A stretch of DNA of 64,000 nucleotides from Sulfitobacter sp. (lineage in GTDB: Bacteria > Pseudomonadota > Alphaproteobacteria > Rhodobacterales > Rhodobacteraceae): positions 44,768 to 108,767 of the forward strand of contig JAFMGZ010000002.1 of the NCBI GenBank assembly GCA_017854855.1, written 5' to 3'. Each line of letters begins with the position of its first letter. Position 1 is the first letter of the stretch. Under the pieces are notes generated by a model. It was not told the DNA's origin, ran no database searches, and saw only the letters and a list, made by a program, of their open reading frames with translations. A program made the position numbers and the translations under genes. This document shows, one piece after another, positions 18,494 through 28,166 of the stretch.

Positions 18494-19819
18494 ATGGCCG
18501 CAAGCGTATTCGACAGCCCGCTTTTCGCACAGCTTTTTGACACATCGGAGGCCGGCAGGCTGTTTTCGGACAGTGCCGCCATCCGCGCCATGCTGCTGGT
18601 CGAAGGGGCGCTGGCAAAGGTGCAGGGCGCGCAGGGCGTGATCCCCGAGATTTCAGCCGCCGCCATTCACCGCGCCAGCATGGAGATCGTCATTGACCCC
18701 GGTGCCATCGCCAAGGCAACGGGCGAAAACGGCGTCAGCGTGCCAGGGTTGGTTGCCGCCTTTCGGGCAGAAATGAATGCGCCGGAACATGCGCAATATG
18801 CCCATTGGGGGGCCACGTCTCAGGATATCATCGACACCGGGCTGATGCTGCGCCTGCGCCAGGCGCTGGCCCTGGCAGAGGCTGATCTGCGCGACATCAT
18901 CAAAGCGCTGGGTCATGCCGCAGGCGAACATGCCCATCTACCGATGGCGGCCCGCACCTATGGACAACATGCGACACCCACCTCATGGGGGGCGGTGCTG
19001 GCACAATTTGGCACGCCCCTGCTGGATGCGCTGGCAGCACTCGAACCCTTGCGCGGCGCATCTCTTTTTGTGTCCCTGTCGGGTGCGGCGGGCACCAGCT
19101 CTGCGCTTGGGCCACAGGCGGCTGAGACCCGCGCGGGGCTGGCCCAGGCCCTGGGCCTGCAGGACCCCGGCCGCAGCTGGCACACCGACCGGGGCCCGAT
19201 CCTGCGCATTGCCGATTGGCAAGGACAGGTGATGGCGGCCCTTGCCCATATGGGGCAAACGCTGATCGGGCTGACCGCCAGCGAAGCGGCAGAGATCGCA
19301 TTGGGCGGGGCCGGTGCCTCATCGACCATGCCGCAAAAACAAAACCCTGTGCGCCCCTCGGCGCTGGTCGCGCTGAGCCACCATTTCACCGGATTGCGCG
19401 CCAGCCTGCAAACGGCGGCCGTGCACCAGCACCAGCGCGATGGCGTGGCGTGGTTCACCGAATGGATGGTGGTACCCCAGCTGGCCCTGTCGCTTGCCAG
19501 CGCGCTGCAACATGCCAAGACCCTAAGCGCCGGACTGACCCCGCATCCGGTGCAGATGCACTCGGCCCTTGAGGGCAATCTGGGCCTGATCCACGCCGAA
19601 GCCCTGAGTTTTGCGCTGGCACAGCTGATGCCGCGCCCGCAAGCGCAGGCCAAGGCCAAGGCCCTATGTCTGGACGCACGCGACAAACGCATCCCCCTGC
19701 CGCAACTGGCCATGGCGGATTATCCCGATCTGCCTGCGGATCTGTTTGAACCCACCACCGGCATGGGCCTTGCCGCCAGCGAAGCCCATGCTTTCGCCGC
19801 CCGCGCCAAGGCGCTTTGA
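18494..19819 (+). CDS. pcaB: 3-carboxy-cis,cis-muconate cycloisomerase
   Basis: Fumarate-lyase superfamily signature SSTMPQKQNP. Context pcaD-pcaC-pcaB. Confidence 0.85.
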   Translation: MAASVFDSPLFAQLFDTSEAGRLFSDSAAIRAMLLVEGALAKVQGAQGVIPEISAAAIHRASMEIVIDPGAIAKATGENGVSVPGLVAAFRAEMNAPEHAQYAHWGATSQDIIDTGLMLRLRQALALAEADLRDIIKALGHAAGEHAHLPMAARTYGQHATPTSWGAVLAQFGTPLLDALAALEPLRGASLFVSLSGAAGTSSALGPQAAETRAGLAQALGLQDPGRSWHTDRGPILRIADWQGQVMAALAHMGQTLIGLTASEAAEIALGGAGASSTMPQKQNPVRPSALVALSHHFTGLRASLQTAAVHQHQRDGVAWFTEWMVVPQLALSLASALQHAKTLSAGLTPHPVQMHSALEGNLGLIHAEALSFALAQLMPRPQAQAKAKALCLDARDKRIPLPQLAMADYPDLPADLFEPTTGMGLAASEAHAFAARAKAL

Positions 19820-19823
19820 GCGG

Positions 19824-21041
19824 ATGCGGCCAGCAGTCATATTCATCATGATCACCGTCATGATCGACGCCATGGGCATCGGTCTGATCATCCCGGTGAT
19901 GCCTGACCTGATCTTGCAGGTGAACGGTGGCGGGTTAAGCCAGGCCGCACTTTGGGGTGGCATGCTGGCCACGTCGTTTGCCGTGATGCAATTCCTGTTC
20001 AGCCCCGTCCTGGGCGGGCTGTCAGACCGTTTTGGCAGACGGCCCGTGCTGCTGATCTCGCTTGTGGTGATGGCCGCCGACTATGTCATCATGGCACTGG
20101 CCGGCAGCATCTGGCTGTTGCTGGTGGGCCGGGTCATCGGGGGCATCACCGCTGCCACACAGGCGACGGCCTCTGCCTATATGGCCGATATCTCGGCCCC
20201 CGGCGAACGGACCAAGAATTTCGGCCTGATCGGTGCCGCTTTCGGCGCGGGCTTTGTGCTGGGGCCCTTGATTGGCGGTTTGCTGGCGGAATATGGCGCA
20301 AGAGCCCCCTTCTGGGCTGCGGCGGCACTGGCCAGTGCCAATGTGATCTTTGGCTGGTTTGTGCTCAAGGAAACGCTCGACCCGGCCAAGGCACGCGCCT
20401 TCAACTGGCGGCGGGCCAATCCACTGGGCACACTGAAACAGCTTGGTAAACTGCCCGGCGTGCGGCGGTTGTTGGCGGTCTATTTCCTGTATTACGTGGC
20501 CTTTGCGGTATATCCGTCGGTCTGGGCCTATTTCGGGCAGGCCCGGTTTGACTGGTCCCCTTCCGTGATCGGCATGTCGCTGGGCCTGTTCGGTGTGGCG
20601 ATGGCGCTGGTGCAGGCAATTGCGATCCGTTTGGCCCTGAACACCTTTGGCGAAAAGCGCACTGTCGTGATCGGCCATCTGTTCGCCGTCGGCACCTATT
20701 GCGGCATTGCGCTGATCACCTCGGGCACTGTCACCTTGCTGCTGACACCCATCGCGGCACTGGCGGGGATGATCCCCCCGGCCCTGCAGGGCATCATGTC
20801 CCGGCAGGTCGATGACAATGCCCAAGGCGAATTGCAGGGCGCGCTGTCGTCGGCCTCCTCGCTGGCGATGATCCTGTCACCGATGGCCATGACCGCCAGC
20901 TTTGCGGCTTTCACCCGGCCCGATGCCGCGGTCTATCTGCCCGGCGCACCCTTCTTGCTGGCGGCTGGGCTGATGCTCTTGGCACTGTTCATTTTCATGC
21001 TGCGCCCAAGCCGTGCCGACGTGGCGTCATCTGCGGCGTAA
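19824..21041 (+). CDS. MFS transporter (DHA1/TetA-like)
   Basis: 12-TM-like hydrophobic profile. GGLSDRFGRRPVLL motif A. Start re-picked at the ATG at 19824, just after the pcaB stop. Confidence 0.8.
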   Translation: MRPAVIFIMITVMIDAMGIGLIIPVMPDLILQVNGGGLSQAALWGGMLATSFAVMQFLFSPVLGGLSDRFGRRPVLLISLVVMAADYVIMALAGSIWLLLVGRVIGGITAATQATASAYMADISAPGERTKNFGLIGAAFGAGFVLGPLIGGLLAEYGARAPFWAAAALASANVIFGWFVLKETLDPAKARAFNWRRANPLGTLKQLGKLPGVRRLLAVYFLYYVAFAVYPSVWAYFGQARFDWSPSVIGMSLGLFGVAMALVQAIAIRLALNTFGEKRTVVIGHLFAVGTYCGIALITSGTVTLLLTPIAALAGMIPPALQGIMSRQVDDNAQGELQGALSSASSLAMILSPMAMTASFAAFTRPDAAVYLPGAPFLLAAGLMLLALFIFMLRPSRADVASSAA

Positions 21042-21115
21042 AGCGTCGCATCCATGCTTGCGTCAACACCGCATTCGGGGTCAGCTTGACCGTGAACGTG
21101 TAAGGGAGAGAGACC

Positions 21116-22210
21116 GTGCAACAGATCAAAGCCGCCGTGGCCCATGCCTTTGGAGAGCCGCTGGTCATTGAGGATGTGCAATTGCGCGCGCCCCAGGGCA
21201 GCGAGGTTGAGGTCACATTGGATGCGGTGGCGATCTGCCATTCGGACATTTCATTCGCCGAAGGGGCCTGGGGTGGGTCATTGCCTGCTGTTTTCGGCCA
21301 TGAGGCCGCAGGCAGGATCAGCGCTGTCGGGGATCATGTGCGCGGGCTTGGTATTGGGGACAGTGTCGTCGTGACCCTGATCCGCGCCTGCGGCACCTGT
21401 CCGTCCTGTGCAGGCGGCAAGCCCACGATCTGCGAAACCCCCTATAACGGCGATCACGGCCCGTTGAAAACCGCCGATGGCGGGATGCTGCATCAGGCAA
21501 TGGCCGCCGGCGCATTCGCGCAAAAAGTGGTGGTCGAACAGATGCAGGTGGTGAAAATCAGCCCCGACATTCCAAAGGATTCCGCCGCATTGATTGCCTG
21601 TGGCGTGATCACCGGCGTGGGTGCCGTGGTCAATGCAGCCGGTCTGCGGGCGGGGCAGGATGTTGTGGTCATCGGTGCCGGCGGCGTTGGCCTGAACGCC
21701 ATTCAGGGCGCGCGCATCGCCGGGGCCCGGCGCATCATTGCCGTGGACATGAGCGAGGACAAGCTGGCCATCGCCAAGGAATTCGGGGCCACCCACGGGG
21801 TTCTGGCCACCGCTGAAAAACCATGGCGCGCCAGTTACAAGGCATTGGGCGGACGCGGGGCAGATGCCGTCATCGTCACCGTCGGGGCCATCCCTGCCTA
21901 TAACGACGCCCCCAAATACCTGGGGAGGGGCGGCAAGGTGATCATGGTGGGCATGCCCCATTCAGGGGCCATGGCCCAGTTTGAACCGGTGATGCTGGCC
22001 GCCGTTGGCCAGGGCATGATCGGCTCCAAGATGGGCGATGTGGTGATACAACGCGATATTCCGTGGATCGTAGACCTTTATCTGCAGGGTCGTTTGAAAC
22101 TGGACGAACTCATTTCGGGCCGCTGGTCCCTTGACCAGATCAACGAGGCGATTGCCGATACCAAGACCGGAGCGGCACGGCGCAACGTGATCCTGTTCGA
22201 CCCCACCTGA
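21116..22210 (+). CDS. zinc-dependent alcohol dehydrogenase family oxidoreductase
   Basis: GHEAAGRISAVGDHV, structural-Zn CGTCPSCAGGKPTIC, Rossmann VIGAGGVGLNA. GTG start with an AGGGAGAG RBS. Confidence 0.85.
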   Translation: MQQIKAAVAHAFGEPLVIEDVQLRAPQGSEVEVTLDAVAICHSDISFAEGAWGGSLPAVFGHEAAGRISAVGDHVRGLGIGDSVVVTLIRACGTCPSCAGGKPTICETPYNGDHGPLKTADGGMLHQAMAAGAFAQKVVVEQMQVVKISPDIPKDSAALIACGVITGVGAVVNAAGLRAGQDVVVIGAGGVGLNAIQGARIAGARRIIAVDMSEDKLAIAKEFGATHGVLATAEKPWRASYKALGGRGADAVIVTVGAIPAYNDAPKYLGRGGKVIMVGMPHSGAMAQFEPVMLAAVGQGMIGSKMGDVVIQRDIPWIVDLYLQGRLKLDELISGRWSLDQINEAIADTKTGAARRNVILFDPT

Positions 22211-22276
22211 GCCGCCCCACCGCGGCCCAATCCCCCCATGATGGCCCGTCCTGGCCACCGATCAGAAAGACATCCC

Positions 22277-23509
22277 ATGAAGCTTCAGGATCTTGACGTT
22301 ATCATCACCGCGCCTCCTGCACCCGGTTGGGGCGGGCGCTATTGGATCTTGGTCAAACTCACTACGGACACGGGCGTGGTCGGCTGGGGGGAATGCTATG
22401 CCTCCTCCGTGGGGCCAGAGGCGATGCGCCACGTGATCGAGGACGTCTTTGCCCGCCACATGCAAGGCGAGAACCCCGAAAACATCGAGTTGATGTTCCG
22501 CCGCATCTATTCATCCGGTTTTACCCAGCGCCCGGACCTGACGGTCATCGGGGCCTTCTCCGGGCTCGAGATCGCCTGCTGGGACATATTGGGCAAGGAC
22601 CGCGACCGCCCGGTCTATGCCCTGCTGGGCGGGCGCATGAATGACCGCATCCGCGCCTATACCTATCTGTATCCCCTGCCCCAGCATGATCTGAGCACAT
22701 TCTGGACCTCGGCCGAGATGGCCGCTGAATCGGCAGCAGACTGCGTGGCACGCGGCTATACGGCCGTCAAATTTGACCCCGCTGGCCCCTATACCCTGCG
22801 CGGCGGCCATATGCCTGCGATGTCCGACATCACCCAATCGGTTGCCTTTTGCAAAGCGATCCGCGAGGCGGTGGGTGACAAGGCTGATCTGCTCTTTGGC
22901 ACCCATGGCCAGTTCACCACCGCAGGCGCGATCCGCCTGGGCCAGGCGATAGAGCCCTATTCCCCCCTGTGGTACGAAGAACCCGTGCCGCCCGACAATA
23001 CCGGCCAGATGGCCCAAGTCGCCAGCCGGGTGCGCATTCCCATCGCCACCGGGGAACGCCTGACCACAAAGGCCGAATTCGCCCCCGTGCTGCGGTCAGG
23101 TGCGGCCAGCATCCTGCAACCCGCCCTGGGCCGTGCAGGCGGTATCTGGGAGATGAAAAAGGTAGCGGCCATGGCCGAGGTCTATAATGCGCAGATGGCC
23201 CCGCATCTTTACGCAGGCCCCGTCGAATGGGCGGCCAACATCCACTTTGGCGTCTCCATCCCGAACCTGCTGATGGCCGAAACCATCGAAACCCCATTTC
23301 ACGATCAACTGATCAAGGGCAGCATTCGGGTCGAAAACGGCTTTGTCACCGCGCCCACGGCCCCCGGTCTGGGCATTGAGGTTGACGAGGATCTGGCCCG
23401 CGCGCATCCCTTTACCGGCACGGGGCTGCATCTGGAAATGCAAGAAGCCCCCTGTGACTATGTCAACGGCAATGCCTTTGAAGGGGGTGCGCCGGCACCA
23501 AAGCAATGA
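22277..23509 (+). CDS. enolase-superfamily enzyme (mandelate racemase/muconate lactonizing family; sugar-acid dehydratase-like)
   Basis: N-terminal capping domain …LVKLTTDTGVVGWGE… and barrel-domain acidic-ligand regions (…YEEP…, …ATGERL…). Substrate not assignable from sequence alone. Confidence 0.85.
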   Translation: MKLQDLDVIITAPPAPGWGGRYWILVKLTTDTGVVGWGECYASSVGPEAMRHVIEDVFARHMQGENPENIELMFRRIYSSGFTQRPDLTVIGAFSGLEIACWDILGKDRDRPVYALLGGRMNDRIRAYTYLYPLPQHDLSTFWTSAEMAAESAADCVARGYTAVKFDPAGPYTLRGGHMPAMSDITQSVAFCKAIREAVGDKADLLFGTHGQFTTAGAIRLGQAIEPYSPLWYEEPVPPDNTGQMAQVASRVRIPIATGERLTTKAEFAPVLRSGAASILQPALGRAGGIWEMKKVAAMAEVYNAQMAPHLYAGPVEWAANIHFGVSIPNLLMAETIETPFHDQLIKGSIRVENGFVTAPTAPGLGIEVDEDLARAHPFTGTGLHLEMQEAPCDYVNGNAFEGGAPAPKQ

Positions 23510-23564
23510 TGCACAAGGGCGGCTGAGACCCCCTGGTCAACCCGGGCCTGCCCTTTGCACCCGC

Positions 23565-25760
23565 TCAGGCCAACAGCGCCTCGGCGGCTGCAACAATTCC
23601 CTCTCGCGAGGGCAGGGTCACCCCATAGGCGGTCCCCGTCGCGATAAAGCTGTCCTCGGCGGTCAACCGCGCAAAACGGGCCAGACCTGCCTCTGCCATG
23701 ATGGCCATCAACGCCTCTGCCTGCCCGCCCGTGCGGCGGCATTCATCCACGATCAATACAGGCCGGTCGCCGATAGCAGCAAGCATCGCGGCCTGCGGCA
23801 GCGGGGCCAGCCAGCGCAGATCAATCACCCGCGCCGCAATCCCTTTGGCCGCCAGATCATGCTGCGCCTGACGGCTCAGGTAATGACCATTGCCATAAGT
23901 CACGATCGCCAGATCAGCGCCATCGCCATGCACACCGACAGTGCCGGTCTCGATCCGCAGGTCGGCCGCGGGATAGGTGCGCATCCAACCGCCATCGCCC
24001 GGATCCAGCAGATCGCGCATCGGATACAGCGCGATAGGTTCCAAAAAGACGACAACCCGCTGCTCTTCGCGCGCCAGCCGGTGACATTCCCGCAGCATCA
24101 ATGCCGCCTCATCGCCCGTCGAAGGGCAAGCGATGATCAGTCCGGGAATATCACGCAGAACCGCCAGGGAATTATCATTGTGAAAATGCCCGCCGAACCC
24201 CTTTTGATAGCCAAGCGCGGAAATCCGCAAGACCATCGGATTGGTCCACTGCCCGCGGCTGAAGAAGGACAAGGTCGCCGCCTCTCCGCGCAACTGGTCT
24301 TCGGCATTGTGCAGATAGGCCAGGAACTGGATTTCGGGCATCGGGATGAACCCGTTATGCGCCAGCCCGATGGCCAGCCCCAGAATACTCTGCTCATCCA
24401 GCAACGTATCAATGACCCGCGCGGGGCCAAAGCGCGCATGCAGCTTTTGCGTCACGCCATAATTGCCACCCTTGCGCCCCACATCCTCGCCCATCAACAA
24501 GGTCTCGTCATGGGTGAGCATCAGATCGTGCAGCGCCCAGTTGATCAGACGCGACATTGGCTGCGGCTGGTGCATCTGGGCCATATCACCGCCAAAAACC
24601 TCGGCGCGTCGCTCAGGACTGGGACCATTGCTCGGGGTGACATCCCGCTTTGGCGGGATCAGGCTTTCCATCACTTGTGCCGCGGTTTGCAGCCGCGGCG
24701 TCGCCGCCATCTCCTGCGCTGCTGCCGCTACCTCGTCCAAGGTGGCAAGGTAAATCTCCAATACCTGCTCTGCAGAGGCAGCACCGCAGGCAATCAGCCC
24801 CCGCGCCGAATAGAGCAAAGGATCATGGGCCTCATCCGCCTCCACCTCGGCCTTGGGCAGATAGGAGGTCACAACATCCGGACCCGCATGGCCATAAAGC
24901 CGAACCGTCCGCAGATGCAAGAAAGCAGGTTTGCGATGCAGCCGAACCCAATCCGCCGCCTGCCGCGCCGCAGCTACAGCGGCAAAGATGTCCAACCCAT
25001 CCGCCTCAAAATACTTCATGCCCGGCTTGGCCGACATTGATGCCTTCACCCAACCCGAAGGCGTCTTGGTCGAAATCCCGATGCCATTGTCCTCGCAGAC
25101 AAAAAGCAAAGGCAGCGGAATGCCTTGCACAGCGGTCCAGCCAGCCGCATTGATCGCCCCCTGCGCCGTGGAATGGTTCAACGAAGCATCCCCAAAAGAA
25201 CACATCGCGATCGCATCCCGCGCCAGCACCGCATGTTCAGGCCGATTGCGCCGCGCCAGCGTGATCGCATGGGCGGCCCCAACAGCCTTGGGCAAATGAC
25301 TAGCAATGGTCGAGGTCTGCGGCGGGATCATCAAGGCGCGGCTGCCCAAAACCTTGTGCCGCCCCCCGCTGGTCGGATCCTCTGCCGAGCAGGCAAAACT
25401 CAACAACATGTCGCGCATCATGCCCGGCTGCCCCGCCTTGGCCGCACGCGCAATCTGGAAGGCCGCATCACGGTAGTGCAGAAAAGCGATGTCATCCACC
25501 CGCAAGGCATGGCCAAGTGCTGCCATCCCCTCGTGCCCGGAAGACCCAATGGTATAAAACCCCTGGCCCGCTTTTTGCATCACACGGCTTTGCAGATCCA
25601 AAGCCCGCGACAGAACCTGTGAGCGGTAAAGACCCATCGCTTCATCCGGGGTCAACACATCAAGCGGCGGGGTTCCCGCAGGAAAATCCCGCGCGGCAAC
25701 CCGGCGCAGGAAATTTTCATGAACAATACTGACACGGTCCAAAGTCGGGCGAGGCTCCAA
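23565..25760 (-). CDS. fused alpha/beta E1 component of a TPP-dependent 2-oxoacid dehydrogenase (731 aa)
   Basis: The N-terminal half is E1-alpha-like (…SFGDASLNHSTAQGAINAA…LPLLFVCEDNGIGIS). The C-terminal half is E1-beta-like (…LLMGEDVG…GGNYGVT…, …PIALYP…). TTG start at 25760. No E2/E3 gene adjacent. Confidence 0.85.
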   Translation of the reverse strand: MEPRPTLDRVSIVHENFLRRVAARDFPAGTPPLDVLTPDEAMGLYRSQVLSRALDLQSRVMQKAGQGFYTIGSSGHEGMAALGHALRVDDIAFLHYRDAAFQIARAAKAGQPGMMRDMLLSFACSAEDPTSGGRHKVLGSRALMIPPQTSTIASHLPKAVGAAHAITLARRNRPEHAVLARDAIAMCSFGDASLNHSTAQGAINAAGWTAVQGIPLPLLFVCEDNGIGISTKTPSGWVKASMSAKPGMKYFEADGLDIFAAVAAARQAADWVRLHRKPAFLHLRTVRLYGHAGPDVVTSYLPKAEVEADEAHDPLLYSARGLIACGAASAEQVLEIYLATLDEVAAAAQEMAATPRLQTAAQVMESLIPPKRDVTPSNGPSPERRAEVFGGDMAQMHQPQPMSRLINWALHDLMLTHDETLLMGEDVGRKGGNYGVTQKLHARFGPARVIDTLLDEQSILGLAIGLAHNGFIPMPEIQFLAYLHNAEDQLRGEAATLSFFSRGQWTNPMVLRISALGYQKGFGGHFHNDNSLAVLRDIPGLIIACPSTGDEAALMLRECHRLAREEQRVVVFLEPIALYPMRDLLDPGDGGWMRTYPAADLRIETGTVGVHGDGADLAIVTYGNGHYLSRQAQHDLAAKGIAARVIDLRWLAPLPQAAMLAAIGDRPVLIVDECRRTGGQAEALMAIMAEAGLARFARLTAEDSFIATGTAYGVTLPSREGIVAAAEALLA

Positions 25761-25778
25761 AAAAGATTAATGCCTCCG

Positions 25779-25805
25779 GCAGAGGTATTTCCGGCCAAAA
25801 AGAGA
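25779..25805 (+). repeat. intergenic repeat family copy b1: GCAGAGGTATTTCCGGCCAAAAAGAGA
   Basis: Lies between the gcdH stop and the E1 start. Forms an inverted pair with copy b2, 10 bp away. Confidence 0.8.
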
Positions 25806-25815
25806 AAGCAGTCTT

Positions 25816-25845
25816 GCCCCTCTTTTTGGCCTTAAATACCTCGGC
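25816..25845 (-). repeat. intergenic repeat family copy b2: GCCCCTCTTTTTGGCCTTAAATACCTCGGC
   Basis: 27 of 30 positions identical to copy a by eye. Inverted relative to b1. Confidence 0.8.
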
Positions 25846-25852
25846 GCAGAGT

Positions 25853-27076
25853 TTAGAAAAACGCCTGAAGGCCAGTTTGGGCACGGCCCAGGATCAGCGC
25901 ATGCACGTCATGAGTACCCTCATAAGTGTTGACCGTTTCCAGGTTCATCATGTGACGGATCACCTGATATTCCCCGGAAATGCCGTTGCCGCCGTGCATA
26001 TCACGGGCATTGCGTGCGACATCCAGCGCCTTGCCACAATTGTTGCGCTTGACGATCGATACCATTTCTGGGGCGGCATTGGCCTGATCCATCAACCGGC
26101 CCACCTGCAGTGAGCCCTGCAGGCCCAGCGAAATCTCTGTCATCATGTCGGCCAGTTTTTTCTGGAACAATTGGGTCTGTGCCAGAGGCTTGCCAAACTG
26201 CTTGCGGTCCAGACCGTATTGACGTGCTGCGTGCCAGCAAAACTCTGCCGCACCCATCGCACCCCAGGAGATACCGTAGCGCGCCCGGTTCAGACAGCCG
26301 AACGGACCTTTCAGGCCAGAGACATGCGGCAAGAGCGCGTCTTCGCCTACTTCGACGTTGTCCATCACGATCTCGCCCGTGATCGAGGCGCGCAGGGACA
26401 GCTTGTTGCCGACCTTTGGCGCGGACAGGCCCTTCATGCCTTTTTCCAGCACAAAGCCGCGGATCTTGCCGCCGTGCTCTTCGGACTTGGCCCAGACCAC
26501 AAAGACATCCGCGATGGGCGCATTCGAAATCCACATTTTTGAACCGATGAGCTTGTACCCATTGGCCGTCTTTACCGCGCGGGTTTTCATGCCCGCAGGA
26601 TCGGACCCGGCATCGGGCTCTGTCAGGCCAAAGCAGCCTATCCATTCACCGGAGCACAGCTTTGGCAGGTATTTCTTGCGCTGCGCCTCTGAGCCGTAGG
26701 CATAGATCGGATACATCACCAGGCTGGCCTGAACGCTCATCATGGAGCGATAGCCGCTGTCGACACGTTCGACTTCTCGGGCCACCAGCCCGTAGGAGAC
26801 GTAATTGCCACCCAGCCCGCCGTATTCTTCGGGGATGGTGACGCCCAGCAGACCCATGTCGCCCATTTCCTTGAAGATACCGGCGTCTGTCGTTTCATTG
26901 GCAAAGGCATCGATAACGCGCGGCTGCAGTTTTTCCTGCGCATAGGCATGGGCTGAATCGCGGATCATTCGTTCATCTTCGGTCAGCTGCGTGTCCAGAC
27001 GGAAGGGGTCGGACCACTCAAAGCTGCCCAGATCGGGGGCGTCCTTGGCGCGGAGGATGGGGGCTTCGGCATTCAT
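25853..27076 (-). CDS. gcdH: glutaryl-CoA dehydrogenase (acyl-CoA dehydrogenase family)
   Basis: N-terminal …[36 protein letters not shown] and …[18 protein letters not shown]… are typical of GcdH. Divergent LysR (GcdR-like arrangement). Confidence 0.88.
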   Translation of the reverse strand: MNAEAPILRAKDAPDLGSFEWSDPFRLDTQLTEDERMIRDSAHAYAQEKLQPRVIDAFANETTDAGIFKEMGDMGLLGVTIPEEYGGLGGNYVSYGLVAREVERVDSGYRSMMSVQASLVMYPIYAYGSEAQRKKYLPKLCSGEWIGCFGLTEPDAGSDPAGMKTRAVKTANGYKLIGSKMWISNAPIADVFVVWAKSEEHGGKIRGFVLEKGMKGLSAPKVGNKLSLRASITGEIVMDNVEVGEDALLPHVSGLKGPFGCLNRARYGISWGAMGAAEFCWHAARQYGLDRKQFGKPLAQTQLFQKKLADMMTEISLGLQGSLQVGRLMDQANAAPEMVSIVKRNNCGKALDVARNARDMHGGNGISGEYQVIRHMMNLETVNTYEGTHDVHALILGRAQTGLQAFF

Positions 27077-27114
27077 GGCAGATCCTTTCAACAGGGGTGC
27101 ATTTGTGCGCATTG

Positions 27115-27132
27115 TTGCAAATTCCTGCGCAA
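27115..27132. promoter_or_regulatory. candidate LysR-type site TTGC-N10-GCAA in the gcdH/LysR divergent region
   Basis: TTGCAAATTCCTGCGCAA lies between the gcdH ATG (27076) and the LysR ATG (27161), flanked by repeated TGCGCA. A weak call. Confidence 0.25.
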
Positions 27133-27160
27133 AAGACTATCGCTGCTTTGTTCTGGACAC

Positions 27161-28072
27161 ATGAGAAAAAGTCATATGATCGCGCCGCGCCGTTTCTTGC
27201 CCTCCATCTCTGCGCTGCTGGCATTCGAGGCGGTGGCACGGCTTGGCAGTGCCACGGCGGCCGCGCAAGAGCTGTCGCTGACCCAAAGTGCGATCAGTCG
27301 CCAGCTCAAGACCCTAGAAGCGCAGCTTGGCGTGGCATTGCTGGCGCGGCAGGGGCGACAGTTGAGTTTAACGCAGGCCGGACGGGCCTATGTCGCCCAG
27401 GTTCGTGACATCTTGAACCGGCTGGCGCAGGCATCGGTGTCGGTGCGTGCAAACCCATCGGGCGGATCATTGAACCTTGCCATTCTGCCGGCCTTTGGCA
27501 TGCATTGGCTGGCCCCGCGCCTGCGCGACTTTGCCCGCGCGCATCCAGAGGTCACGGTCAATCTCAGCACCCGTCTGCGGCCCTTTACCATCGCCGAAAG
27601 CCCTTTTGATGCGGCCATCCACTTTGGTCACGAGGATTGGCCCGGGGTGCATTATCTGTCCTTGATGCCTGAAACTGTCGTCCCGGTCTGTGCGCCCGAT
27701 CTGCTGGCGGCACCGCTGACCGATCCGCGCCAGATGCTGGATCAGCCGCTCTTGCATCTTGAAACCCGGCCCAAGGGCTGGGCACGATGGCTGGCAGCAC
27801 TTGGCGTTGAAACGGAGCCCCCCGTCGGGATGGTTTTTGACCAGTTTTCCACTATGGCGCAGGCGGCGATCCACGGTCTGGGAGTCGCATTATTGCCGAC
27901 ATTCTTTGCCGAACCCTATTTGCGCGACGGTCAGTTGATGCTGGCCTCGGGGCAGACGACCCAGAGCATTGGCAATTATTACCTGGTCTGGCCAGAGGCC
28001 CGATCCGAAAGCGGGGCATTGCGCGCCTTTCGGACATGGCTGGCGACACAATCGGCCCCTGCAGGCGTTTGA
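27161..28072 (+). CDS. LysR-family transcriptional regulator (GcdR-like by position)
   Basis: HTH …LLAFEAVARLGSATAAAQELSLTQSAISRQLKTLE…. LysR substrate-binding domain. Divergent from gcdH. Alternative ATG at 27176. Confidence 0.88.
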   Translation: MRKSHMIAPRRFLPSISALLAFEAVARLGSATAAAQELSLTQSAISRQLKTLEAQLGVALLARQGRQLSLTQAGRAYVAQVRDILNRLAQASVSVRANPSGGSLNLAILPAFGMHWLAPRLRDFARAHPEVTVNLSTRLRPFTIAESPFDAAIHFGHEDWPGVHYLSLMPETVVPVCAPDLLAAPLTDPRQMLDQPLLHLETRPKGWARWLAALGVETEPPVGMVFDQFSTMAQAAIHGLGVALLPTFFAEPYLRDGQLMLASGQTTQSIGNYYLVWPEARSESGALRAFRTWLATQSAPAGV

Positions 28073-28166
28073 CCGCCACCAACCCCCGCCAGTCAAATTT
28101 TCGCCGTATTTGCCGGGTAAACAGGGGCCTCTGCATTCGACCTATTGCATCATAAGGAGCATAGAA

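Noticed and set aside
17327-19819. pcaD-pcaC-pcaB without pcaHG or a pca regulator, as a possible anomaly
   Set aside because: Protocatechuate-branch genes are commonly split into several loci in roseobacter-type genomes. Absence from this window says nothing about the genome.
23343-25040. 565-aa + strand ORF. Similar long antisense ORFs occur at 5592..6530 (+), 10671..11669 (-), 43463..44674 (-), 49010..50227 (-) and 61475..62554 (-).
   Set aside because: Each lies antisense to a confidently recognised gene (E1, miaB, fabB, fadA/fadB, acyl-CoA ligase, prpE). All have Arg/Gly/Pro/His-rich low-complexity translations, as expected for stop-poor frames in ~60% GC DNA. None has an RBS or a motif.
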